This document shows, in pieces, positions 53,488 to 61,898 of a DNA stretch of 64,000 nucleotides (positions are counted from its first letter, which is position 1; each line of letters starts with the position of its first letter). The notes under the pieces were generated by a model. That model was not told where the DNA came from, made no database searches, and worked only from the letters and a program-made list of their open reading frames with translations. This DNA is from a bacterium (GTDB taxonomy: Bacteria; Zhuqueibacterota; Zhuqueibacteria; Zhuqueibacterales; Zhuqueibacteraceae): NCBI GenBank assembly GCA_041918175.1, contig JAYRWE010000039.1, forward strand, positions 50,547 to 114,546, written 5' to 3'. A program made the translations under genes and the position numbers.

Positions 53488-55050
53488 TCAAGCCTCAACG
53501 CCCAACATCCGTGCGCCGATTGCTTCGCGCGACTCTTGGGCTGAAAAAGGCCCGAGCATTTTTCCTTTAAACAAAACCGCGATACGATCCGCGAGCGTAT
53601 AGATTTCGTCAAGCTCAGTGGAGATCAACAGGATTGCCGCGCCGCGCGTTTTTTCCGCGAGCAACAACTCGTGAATCCTTTGCGTTGCCGCGAGATCAAC
53701 ACCGCGCGTCGGATTTACCGCGATGAGCGCTTTCGGTTGTCGCATCAACTCACGGCCGACCACAAGCTTTTGTTGATTGCCGCCGGAGAGCGTTTCGACC
53801 GGCAATCTCGTATCCTCCGTGCGTACGTCGAAGCGTTGCACCAACTCCGCGCTCCATGCTTTGAGTCGCGACCAATGCAGCCATCCTCGTGTTTGAAACG
53901 CGCGCTCCTGTTGCGCGAAGATGGAAGCGTTCTCGTAAATCGCGAGGCCGGGAAACAAACCCATCTCGCGACGATCCGCGGGAATGTGCGCGAAACCGTG
54001 TTGCACACGGGCGCGCGTGGTTGCATGCGTGCACTCCCATTCTTCCAGCCACAACTTGCCGTTGGTGCTCTTGCGCAATCCCAGCAAAACTTCGGCAAGC
54101 TCTGCTTGGCCGTTGCCATCCACGCCGGCCACGCCAAGAATTTCTCCGCTGTGCAAAGCAAAAGCAACATGATCGAGCGCAAAGCCTCCAAACTTGTTTG
54201 GCGCGCACAAGGCCTCGGCTTTGAGAAAAATCTTTTTGGGGGAAAAAGAAAAAGCGCGGCGAGAGGAAAACGCCTCCGCATTGGGTGTGATCGCCGCCGC
54301 AATCTCCGCGGTGGTTACGCTGTGCGTCTTAAACTCGCCCGTGATTTTGCCCGCGCGCAGCACCGTGATGCGATCGCTCAACGTTTTCACTTCTTCCAAC
54401 TTGTGGGAGATAAAGATGAGCGCGTGGCCTTGTTCGCGCAGTTTGCGGAGCAATTGAAATAACTCCTCCACTTCTTGCGGGGCGAGCACCGCGGTCGGCT
54501 CATCGAGAATGAGCACGCGCGCGGAGCGCAGCAAAATTTTGACGATCTCCACGCGCTGTTGTTCGCCCACAGCCAGTTCGTGGATACGGCGCGAAGTGTC
54601 GAGCGTAATGTTCAAGCGCGCGCAAAGCTCCTGCACTTCCTGCTCTGCTTTTTTCAAACCCTCGCGCGTCAGGCAAAAGCGCGCGTTTCCCAATAAAAAA
54701 TTTTCCAGCACCGTAAACGTGGGCACAAGCATGAAGTGTTGATGCACCATGCCGAGTCCCGCTTGAATCGCTTCTTGCGGGCTGCGCGGCGCGAATGCTT
54801 TGCCGTTAAGTCGCATTGCGCCGCTAGCGGGTTGCAGCAAGCCATACATGAGATTCATCAGCGTGCTCTTGCCCGCACCGTTTTCGCCGAGCACAGCGTG
54901 AATCTCGCCTGCGTGAAATTGCAAACTCACGTTATCGAGCGCGCGCGTATTGCCAAAGCTTTTGGAGAGATTGTTGATTTCGAGCAGCGCGGGAGGCATG
55001 GGTGTGATGCGTTTAGAGGAAGAGGTGAGAGGGTTTGTGCTCGTAGTCAC
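53488..55050 (-). CDS. ABC transporter ATP-binding protein with duplicated ATPase domains
   Basis: 520 aa with Walker A GENGAGKST, LAVGEQQRVEI / LILDEPT in the first half and LSGGNQQKLVVGR in the second. Confidence 0.9.
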   Translation of the reverse strand: MTTSTNPLTSSSKRITPMPPALLEINNLSKSFGNTRALDNVSLQFHAGEIHAVLGENGAGKSTLMNLMYGLLQPASGAMRLNGKAFAPRSPQEAIQAGLGMVHQHFMLVPTFTVLENFLLGNARFCLTREGLKKAEQEVQELCARLNITLDTSRRIHELAVGEQQRVEIVKILLRSARVLILDEPTAVLAPQEVEELFQLLRKLREQGHALIFISHKLEEVKTLSDRITVLRAGKITGEFKTHSVTTAEIAAAITPNAEAFSSRRAFSFSPKKIFLKAEALCAPNKFGGFALDHVAFALHSGEILGVAGVDGNGQAELAEVLLGLRKSTNGKLWLEEWECTHATTRARVQHGFAHIPADRREMGLFPGLAIYENASIFAQQERAFQTRGWLHWSRLKAWSAELVQRFDVRTEDTRLPVETLSGGNQQKLVVGRELMRQPKALIAVNPTRGVDLAATQRIHELLLAEKTRGAAILLISTELDEIYTLADRIAVLFKGKMLGPFSAQESREAIGARMLGVEA

Positions 55051-55221
55051 GCCTTATAGTATTACTCTGAAAAAATTATCTCGACCGCGAAAGTTTTAAA
55101 ATTGGAAATTGACCATTCACAATTCGCAATTGTCAATTCAACCCGTTTCGGTTGCGGTCGGAGACTGCCTTATGAAATTTGACAATCAAAATAGGTAATC
55201 AAGTTCGTGCCCCCGAATCGC

Positions 55222-55292
55222 GTCATTCAGAAGGAATCTTTTTAAGCACTGGGCAGTATCGCCGGCGAGTAAAAAGATTCCTTCTGAATGAC
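55222..55292. repeat. Family A palindromic repeat (between the BMP lipoprotein and ATPase genes)
   Basis: gtcattcagaaggaatctttttaagcactgggcagtatcgccggcgagtaaaaagattccttctgaatgac. Confidence 0.9.
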
Positions 55293-55391
55293 AGCGCTCG
55301 TGGAAAGATAACCGATTTTGAAAGTCAAAACCCATTAGGCGTTTTTGCCAATTGGCCACCAACGCCTGAAGGCGTTACTACGAGCGCATCG

Positions 55392-56375
55392 TTAATACCC
55401 CACGGGCAATTCCACTTTCCCCGCGAGTATGCCCTGTTTTACTTCTTCAATTTTCGCCAACACGTTCGCGGGAATTTTATCTTGCAGCTTGGGATTGAGG
55501 GCGAGCGAGACCACATTATCTTTCATGCCCAAGCGCATCAGCTCGGCATGAAACGTTTTATCCTTCACGCGCTGCGCCACGCTGACAAATGCTTGCGGCA
55601 CGTTCAACACGGCGCTCGCCAGCACCACTTCGGGCGCGAGGTCGTTTTGATTTTTATTCGAGCCGAACGCGAACACATTGCCGCGCTCTTGCACGGCTTG
55701 AAACACACCGAGGCCCGCGGCATCGGCATTTTGAAAAATGAAATCCGCGCCTTGATCCATCAATGCGAGCGCCGCTTCTTTCGCCGCGCCCACGTCCTCC
55801 CAATTGCCGATGAAGCTTTGCACGACGACGAAATTCGGATTCACGGATTTTGCGCCGGCCTCGAGCGCGAGAAAGCCGCTCTTCACCGAAGGAATTTCGA
55901 GGCCGCCCACGCAGCCCGCTTTGCCGGTCTTCGACATCATCGCCGTCATCACGCCCATGAGATAAGTAGATTGTACCATTTCAAAAATCATCGGCGCAAC
56001 GTTGGCTCGCACGGTCGTGCCGCTACTCGTAACGAAAACTGTGTTCGGAAAATCCAGCGCGACCACGGCAGCGGCGTCTTGAAATTCGAAGCCGTGGCCG
56101 AAAACGAGGTTGAAATCGCGGCTCGCGTAATCACGAAAGCCGTGCTCGAACTCCGCCGGCGTTTTGACTTCGACTTGCGAAATCTCCGCGCCAAGTTCCT
56201 CGCGAATGCGCAGCAAACCTTCATACGCGCTCGCGTTCCATCCCGCATCACTCACCGGCCCGGGCGAAAGCAGCGCGACTTTGAAACCCGCTTGCGACGG
56301 CGGTTGCGATTGGCAGGAGAGGAGCAGAGCAAGGGGCAAGGAGCAAAGGGCAAAGAAAATTTTTCGAATAGGCAT
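55392..56375 (-). CDS. BMP-family (PnrA/TmpC-like) substrate-binding lipoprotein
   Basis: ORF trimmed to ATG 56375 (MPIRKIFFALCSLPLALLLSCQS, lipobox LLSC). It has BMP-like blocks VALLSPGPVSDAGWN and FGHGFEF. Confidence 0.85.
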   Translation of the reverse strand: MPIRKIFFALCSLPLALLLSCQSQPPSQAGFKVALLSPGPVSDAGWNASAYEGLLRIREELGAEISQVEVKTPAEFEHGFRDYASRDFNLVFGHGFEFQDAAAVVALDFPNTVFVTSSGTTVRANVAPMIFEMVQSTYLMGVMTAMMSKTGKAGCVGGLEIPSVKSGFLALEAGAKSVNPNFVVVQSFIGNWEDVGAAKEAALALMDQGADFIFQNADAAGLGVFQAVQERGNVFAFGSNKNQNDLAPEVVLASAVLNVPQAFVSVAQRVKDKTFHAELMRLGMKDNVVSLALNPKLQDKIPANVLAKIEEVKQGILAGKVELPVGY

Positions 56376-56401
56376 GAGACGAGCTTTCTGGGTTGGTTTG
56401 A

Positions 56402-56635
56402 TTATGAGAGTCGTTCCCATTCATCGAGCGCGATTTGCCGCCCGATGAGCATTGCAACTTCATTCAACATCAAACGAAGTTGCGGCACGGAGTATTCGCT
56501 ATTTGAGGGAATAGTGAGGCGGTGTTGCGCATAAATCATGTAATGATGCCGAGTGCCCGAATAGGGTCCTTCGAAGCCGAGTGCGCGCAAACGCCGAATG
56601 AAATCTTTTCGTTTACACGGCGCCCATCGGCTCAT
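56402..56635 (-). CDS. hicA: HicA-family mRNA interferase toxin
   Basis: 77 aa. KRKDFIRRLRALGFEGPYSGTRHHYMIY...LTIPSNSEY is the HicA dsRBD-like core. Confidence 0.8.
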   Translation of the reverse strand: MSRWAPCKRKDFIRRLRALGFEGPYSGTRHHYMIYAQHRLTIPSNSEYSVPQLRLMLNEVAMLIGRQIALDEWERLS

Positions 56636-56885
56636 AAGCCGGCTCCTGATTCAAGTCGATCCCATCAATAATCGGCAAGGAATGCTTTAATTTGAAACCG
56701 ACCAGCAGCCAATCTTCCAAAACTGAGCGCAACTCCTGTTGGCAATGCGATAAAGAATTTGCAAACGCAATGACCCCCAGGCAGGGAGGAATGCGTCCGC
56801 TGAACGTGCCGTCTTCGAGTTTGTCATATTCGGCATACGTCATAGCGCGAGTGAGGTACTCGCTCAAAATCGGCTGTAGGACCAT
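56613..56885 (-). CDS. hicB: HicB-like antitoxin (short form)
   Basis: 90 aa. YAEYDKLEDGTFSGRIPPCLGVIAFANSLSHCQQELRSVLEDWL matches the HicB N-terminal domain pattern. It overlaps hicA by 23 nt. Confidence 0.7.
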   Translation of the reverse strand: MVLQPILSEYLTRAMTYAEYDKLEDGTFSGRIPPCLGVIAFANSLSHCQQELRSVLEDWLLVGFKLKHSLPIIDGIDLNQEPAYEPMGAV

Positions 56886-56891
56886 GTTGAT

Positions 56892-57110
56892 TTACTCCTT
56901 TTCCCGTTCGATCAATAAGGCATCAACAAGATTGCTGTTACCCGAGCCTTTGAGCTTCTGCATTGCAGCAAGCGCTTTTTGCCGCTTCAAAACGCTTTCG
57001 ACTGCATGAACATCTTCAAATCTTACGGTCAAACGGGTTTCGGGCGGCAGTTGGAAAGAGTGCAGAAAGTTTTGCAGTTCCGAAAGCGTGACGTGTTCAA
57101 GCACTGACAT
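56892..57110 (-). CDS. Small hypothetical protein upstream of hicBA
   Basis: 72-aa ORF 6 nt upstream of hicB. No family recognised. Confidence 0.4.
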   Translation of the reverse strand: MSVLEHVTLSELQNFLHSFQLPPETRLTVRFEDVHAVESVLKRQKALAAMQKLKGSGNSNLVDALLIEREKE

Positions 57111-57202
57111 TGGTGAAATCTCCTATTGGGCATGCGAGACCATTATTCAGGCGCGAGTATACCATATCGCCCCAGCTTTGTCAAGCCATAATTCCCCTCG
57201 CA

Positions 57203-57250
57203 AAAAATGCAAAGCCATGCCCATTACCGCGCATGGCTTTGCATTTTATT
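57203..57250 (-). terminator. Rho-independent terminator downstream of the MoaD-like gene
   Basis: aaaatgcaaagccatgc ... gcatggctttgcatttt has a 17-bp stem. On the minus strand it is followed by TTTTTTG. Confidence 0.75.
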
Positions 57251-57328
57251 TGACTCCGTAATTCTGTCGCGATCAAATGCAAGCCACGGCCAAGCCGTGG
57301 CTGAACATCATCGAACCGAGCGTTAGAA

Positions 57329-57625
57329 CTATCCTCCCGCAATCGAGCCGAGCACAATGAACGGCTCTTTGCCCGAGGCCACGGCTTCGGGCAAAGGCTT
57401 GTCGGGCGAGTCCAGCGAGAGATCTTCTTCACAAGCGAAGTAGCGCAAGAACGGCCGGCGTTTGTACGTCACGTGATCGCGGATCGTGCCGCACAACATA
57501 GGATAGCGCGTTTCGAGCGCATCGAGCACAGAGCGTTGCGTAACGAGGCCTTCAACCTCAAGCTGAACCTCCGCGCCAGTGCGCGCGAGGTTGCGCAAAT
57601 GATAAGGGATGACGACTCTAATCAT
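57329..57625 (-). CDS. MoaD/ThiS-family ubiquitin-like protein
   Basis: ORF 57329..57640 (TTG) trimmed to ATG 57625 (MIRVVIPYHLRNL...). It ends in GG. Confidence 0.75.
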   Translation of the reverse strand: MIRVVIPYHLRNLARTGAEVQLEVEGLVTQRSVLDALETRYPMLCGTIRDHVTYKRRPFLRYFACEEDLSLDSPDKPLPEAVASGKEPFIVLGSIAGG

Positions 57626-57742
57626 GGCAGTCTCATTCAATAATAAAACTCAATATCCAAAAGCTTGAAGACAGAAAAATGTTGGCAGAAAGATAAAGCA
57701 AAAGATTTTTATGCCCTTCACCTTTCTGCCTTCAGCTTTTTG

Positions 57743-58921
57743 TTAAGCCAGCGTTTGCACTTCCACTGAAAGCACGGGCGGAAGGTCGCGCACAATCGCT
57801 TTCCAATTGTCGCCGCCATCGGGCGAGCAATATACTTGTCCGCCGGTGGTGCCGAAATACACGCCGCACTTATCGAGCGTGTCCACGCACATCGCATCGC
57901 GCAGAATGTTCACGTAGCAATCGCTTTGCGGCAAGCCTTTGGTGAGCGCTTCCCATTCGTTGCCGCCGGTTTTGCTGCGATACACGCGCAGCTTGCCCTC
58001 GGGCGGATAATGCTCCGAATCGCTTTTGATGGGCACAACATAAACCGTGTTCGGCTCGTGCGCATGCACGTCAATCGGAAAACCGAAATCGCTCGGCAAG
58101 TTGCCGCTCACGAGTTGCCACGATTCGCCCGCGTCGTCGCTGCGCATCACGTTCCAGTGCAATTGCATGAAGAGCACATTGGGCCGCGTGCGATTCAACG
58201 CGATGCGATGCACGCAGAAACCGACCTCAACATTGGGATCGGGAATGTATTGCGACTTGAGTCCGCGATTCTTGGGCTGCCAGGTTTTGCCGGCATCGTC
58301 GGTGCGAAACACACCTGCGGCAGAGATCGCAGTGTAGATACGATTGTGATTCGTGGGATCAATCACGATCGTATGCGCGCCCATGCCGCCTGCGCCGGGC
58401 GCCCATTGCGCGCCAGTGCCGTGACCTCGTAAGCCCGCAAGCTCGTGCCAACTTTTTCCGCCATCGGTCGAACGAAACATCGCTGCGTCTTCCACGCCGG
58501 CATAAACAGTATCGGCATCGTGCAGCGAAGGTTCGAGATGCCACACGCGTTTGAATTCCCACGGATGTTGCGTGCCGTCGTACCACTGATGCGTGGTGAG
58601 CGGCGCGGCCGCAGTGTCATAAACAAACTTATTGCTCTCGCCTTTGGGCATGCCCTCGGGCGTGGTGGTCGGCTCGCCCGCGGGCGTTCCGGGTTGATGC
58701 CACGTTTTGCCGCCGTCATCGCTGCGTTGAATGATTTGCCCAAACCATCCGCTCGTTTGCGAGGTATAAAGGCGATTCGGATCAACCGACGAGCCTTTGA
58801 GATGATAAATCTCCCAGCCGCCGAAATGTGGGCCGTCCACTTTCCATTTGTCGCGCTTGCCATCCGCAGTGAGGATGAACGCGCCTTTCTTGGTGCCGAC
58901 AAGAACACGCACACTGCTCAT
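57743..58921 (-). CDS. BNR/Asp-box repeat beta-propeller protein (Ycf48/sialidase-like fold)
   Basis: 392 aa with six Asp-box motifs: [44 protein letters not shown] and SPDGGDNW. No signal peptide. Confidence 0.85.
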   Translation of the reverse strand: MSSVRVLVGTKKGAFILTADGKRDKWKVDGPHFGGWEIYHLKGSSVDPNRLYTSQTSGWFGQIIQRSDDGGKTWHQPGTPAGEPTTTPEGMPKGESNKFVYDTAAAPLTTHQWYDGTQHPWEFKRVWHLEPSLHDADTVYAGVEDAAMFRSTDGGKSWHELAGLRGHGTGAQWAPGAGGMGAHTIVIDPTNHNRIYTAISAAGVFRTDDAGKTWQPKNRGLKSQYIPDPNVEVGFCVHRIALNRTRPNVLFMQLHWNVMRSDDAGESWQLVSGNLPSDFGFPIDVHAHEPNTVYVVPIKSDSEHYPPEGKLRVYRSKTGGNEWEALTKGLPQSDCYVNILRDAMCVDTLDKCGVYFGTTGGQVYCSPDGGDNWKAIVRDLPPVLSVEVQTLA

Positions 58922-58973
58922 GGTTTCTCCTTTTCTCTGTTGGATTCATGAAGCGGATTAGAGAAGCAAAGTC

Positions 58974-59032
58974 AGAATAAAACTCTGAAAGTTTTTGAGG
59001 CTACACATAGATCAAAAGCTCACGCCGAAAAG
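58974..59032. repeat. Family F ~60-nt conserved element, copy 2
   Basis: agaataaaactctgaaagtttttgaggctacacatagatcaaaagctcacgccgaaaa lies 53 nt upstream of the BNR propeller start (minus strand). Confidence 0.75.
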
Positions 59033-59122
59033 CCAGTTGAAGCGTTGCAAGAAAAGCAAAGATTTTCCCAACGGATGAAAGCTACTAACCGAAAATTTTT
59101 AAAGACCAGGGCTTTTATGCAA

Positions 59123-59509
59123 TCAGCTTTGCTTTTCACCGAGGCAGTAGCAAAGTCCATCCGGCGCGATCACGAAGAAAACTTTGTAAGAAGTGTCGCC
59201 GTGCCGATCAATACGGAAGCTAGCTTCTGCTTTTGCCAAGCCATTCGATCGCAATTCCGCGAAGGCGGTCTCGGCATTATCAACTTCAAAGAAACATCCG
59301 TCCTGTGTCGGATCGCCGCCATTTTCGGCGAGACCGATTTGAATATCGTCTCTGCCGAGGAAAGCGGAGCGGTATGGAGAATCTTGACGTGATACAACTT
59401 GAAACCCCATGACCGTTTCATAAAAAGGAATGGCCGCTTCCAAATTCCCAACCGGCAGATTCATCTTGTCTGCTTGATAGGGATGAGCGGTTTTGAATAC
59501 TGCTTTCAT
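59123..59509 (-). CDS. Glyoxalase/VOC-family protein
   Basis: ORF 59123..59704 trimmed to ATG 59509 (AGGAG 5 nt upstream). LPVGNLEAAIPFYETVMGF...FFEVDNAETAFAEL has the VOC beta-alpha-beta-beta-beta pattern. Confidence 0.8.
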   Translation of the reverse strand: MKAVFKTAHPYQADKMNLPVGNLEAAIPFYETVMGFQVVSRQDSPYRSAFLGRDDIQIGLAENGGDPTQDGCFFEVDNAETAFAELRSNGLAKAEASFRIDRHGDTSYKVFFVIAPDGLCYCLGEKQS

Positions 59510-59941
59510 TTGCTCTCCTTTTCGAATGAATAGCTTACTTCGGCATGCATGATTTTTCCGGCGGCATCTGGGAAGCGGCGCAGCTCGACCGCGCCGAAGG
59601 CGGCCTTGAGTTGAAGCATGATTCGAAACCCTGCTGAATTTTGGCAACATGAAGGTTAGAGATAAACTGCGACGCCGTAAATCGGGCCGCAAACAATTGG
59701 ACAACGGCCCTGCAAGCTACTATTGATCAGCGCCGCGGTCAAGTCCAAAACTCCGGATAGCGCGCCGCCGGTAAGAATCGCGCGCCAATAAAATAATTTG
59801 GCCGCGATGATGCGCCTCGTGCGCAACGAAATAAGCAAGAAAATGCGCAATGGCATTGGGAGAATTCAACTTTTTTCGTCATTGAACTTTTTCACCGTCA
59901 ACACTTTTGTGGCGTGCATTTTTGTGGGCTTAAAAAAACCG

Positions 59942-60583
59942 TCATTTGCTTTTGCTCGATCCGGCCAGCGCGGCGCTGAGGCCGAGCGCAATATAAGCGC
60001 TGCCCATGAAATATCGTTGCCAGCGCAGAAAGCGCAAGTTTCCTTTCAGCCATTGTCCCAAGGTTCCGGCTAACAGCGCATAAAAACTGTCGCTCATAAA
60101 AGCCATCATCACGAAAATGCCGCCGAGCAACAGAATTTGCGCGGTGACGCTGCCGCGCGCGGGATCGACGAATTGCGGCAAGAACGCAAAAAAGAACAGC
60201 GCGGTTTTCGGATTGAGAATACTCACGAGCACGCCTTGCGAAAAGATCCGCGACAGTTTCTGCGGCGGCCGCGCTTGCAACGTGTGTTCTTCCTCGCGCG
60301 TGAGCAGTCTGCGCGCGCCAAGATAAATCAAATAACCCGCGCCAAGATATTTGACGATATTAAAAGCCGTGGCCGAAGACATGAGCACCGCGGAGACGCC
60401 AAAAGCCGCTGCCGCAACGTGTACGAGCGAGCCGGTGTTGAGGCCCAACGTCGAGACGAAGCCGGCAGTGCGGCCTTGATCAATGCTGCGTGCGACAATG
60501 TAAAACACGGCCGGGCCGGGCATGAGCAAAAATACCAAAGTCGTGCCCATGAACAAGGCGAGGGTCGAGTGTTCGAACATCAA
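59942..60583 (-). CDS. LysE/RhtB-family amino-acid exporter
   Basis: 213 aa. The N-terminus LLMPGPAVFYIVARSIDQGRTAGF and six TM segments are typical of LysE. Confidence 0.85.
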   Translation of the reverse strand: MMFEHSTLALFMGTTLVFLLMPGPAVFYIVARSIDQGRTAGFVSTLGLNTGSLVHVAAAAFGVSAVLMSSATAFNIVKYLGAGYLIYLGARRLLTREEEHTLQARPPQKLSRIFSQGVLVSILNPKTALFFFAFLPQFVDPARGSVTAQILLLGGIFVMMAFMSDSFYALLAGTLGQWLKGNLRFLRWQRYFMGSAYIALGLSAALAGSSKSK

Positions 60584-60728
60584 AGTTTTCTCCTGAGGTC
60601 AATTCTTCAAAATCTCAACTTCCTGCGGAACGACAAACAACAGCACGCATCCGTTTTCACGCCTTCTTCAAGCAACGGGCGCCATTCTTTTTGACGGCTG
60701 CGGGTAATGTCATGCTCGAAATCAGTGT

Positions 60729-61130
60729 TCATGATTTTTTTCTCTTTTTGTTGCTCGCTAAATCTTCGTTCTGTTCGATGCGTTGCTGCACGATCTTTTT
60801 GAGCAGCGCCGCGGGAATCGGCTTTTCCGGCGCGAAGTGAATCGTGCCGCCGGCGTGTTTGAAATTTTTCAGCTCATCTTTGTATAAATTTAAAATCGTC
60901 GCATGGCACGCGTAAAAGCTGCAATGGTTCTCCGTCGCGCCCAGGCCCACGAGCACGCCGTGATGTTTGAAGCACGCGATGCGATAGCTGAATTGCTCCT
61001 GTGCCTCCGGCGCGAGCTTGCGTATCTGTTGCCGTAATTTTTCCAACGCGGTGCGCACCGGCTTGGAAAACGCGGCGATGTATTCGTCGACTTCATTGCT
61101 GGTTTGCGCTTTGAGTGCTTTCGGCATCAA
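60729..61130 (-). CDS. DUF1801 (YdhG-like) domain protein
   Basis: 133 aa with VDEYIAAFSKPVRTALEKLRQQIRKLAPEAQEQFSYRIACFKHHG. Confidence 0.7.
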   Translation of the reverse strand: MMPKALKAQTSNEVDEYIAAFSKPVRTALEKLRQQIRKLAPEAQEQFSYRIACFKHHGVLVGLGATENHCSFYACHATILNLYKDELKNFKHAGGTIHFAPEKPIPAALLKKIVQQRIEQNEDLASNKKRKKS

Positions 61131-61249
61131 TGAGGTCCTTTGAGAATTTTTGAACTCTCTTTTGAACGCGAATGAAGCCGCTCACACGAATTTTTGCGAA
61201 TTTTTTATTGAGTGCACAGTTTCAAAATCGGTAATCTCCTTCACGACCT

Positions 61250-61320
61250 GTCATTCAGCAGGAATCTTTTTACTCGCTGGCGATACTGCCCAATGCTTAA
61301 AAAGATTCCTTCTGAATGAC
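61250..61320. repeat. Family A palindromic repeat, centre in the opposite orientation
   Basis: gtcattcagcaggaatctttttactcgctggcgatactgcccaatgcttaaaaagattccttctgaatgac. The asymmetric centre is the reverse complement of that in the 55222 copy. Confidence 0.9.
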
Positions 61321-61391
61321 AGGATATTGGGGACGCGAACTTGATTACCGAACTTGATCGTCAAATTTCATATGGCAATCACTACGAGCAT

Positions 61392-61844
61392 TTATTTCTC
61401 TGCGAGTTCTTTGAGCTTTTGCAGCGCCTTGGGCCACATGCCTTCAAACATCTCTTTGAAATCTTCGGTGATGTCAATGTCGACCAAGATTTCGGTGGCG
61501 CGACCTTGCTCTCTGAAAGTGTAATTCTCATGCGCGCCAGCCCAGCCCTTCACCGCCTCGCTCGTCGTGTCTTCTTTGCCGTCATTCACCATGCCGAGAT
61601 GTTCGATGGAAACGAATTCGTGCAAACGATTTTCTGCGATGCGGCTCACCATGCCGCCCATTTTGCCCGTGTTCGGGTCCGGCCCGAGAAAAAGAATTTT
61701 GCTGCCTTGGCGCCAATCGCCGACATAATGTGATCCGAGTGTGAAGGCTTCGGTCCAAATGCGATACGTTGCGTCGTCGAGCATGGTGTTCCAAACTTTC
61801 TCGCGCGGCGCGTTGATCACGATGGAAAAATGCAGTTTGAGCAT
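61392..61844 (-). CDS. SRPBCC / AHSA1-like domain protein
   Basis: 150 aa with FSIVINAPREKVWNTMLDDATYRIWT. Confidence 0.75.
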   Translation of the reverse strand: MLKLHFSIVINAPREKVWNTMLDDATYRIWTEAFTLGSHYVGDWRQGSKILFLGPDPNTGKMGGMVSRIAENRLHEFVSIEHLGMVNDGKEDTTSEAVKGWAGAHENYTFREQGRATEILVDIDITEDFKEMFEGMWPKALQKLKELAEK

Positions 61845-61898
61845 TTGTTTCTCCTTTCTTCAAAAGTATACTGTCAAAATTTAAGTGCTTCAAAAATT

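Noticed and set aside
55179-56534. 451-aa + strand ORF opposite the BMP lipoprotein gene
   Set aside because: It is an antisense shadow that starts by reading through a family A repeat. The minus strand encodes a lipoprotein with a lipobox and BMP motifs.
59656-59856. 66-aa minus ORF with a membrane-like segment (..ILTGGALSGVLDLTAALI..)
   Set aside because: It is too short, has no RBS and no recognisable family. It may be a gene fragment, but I cannot support it.
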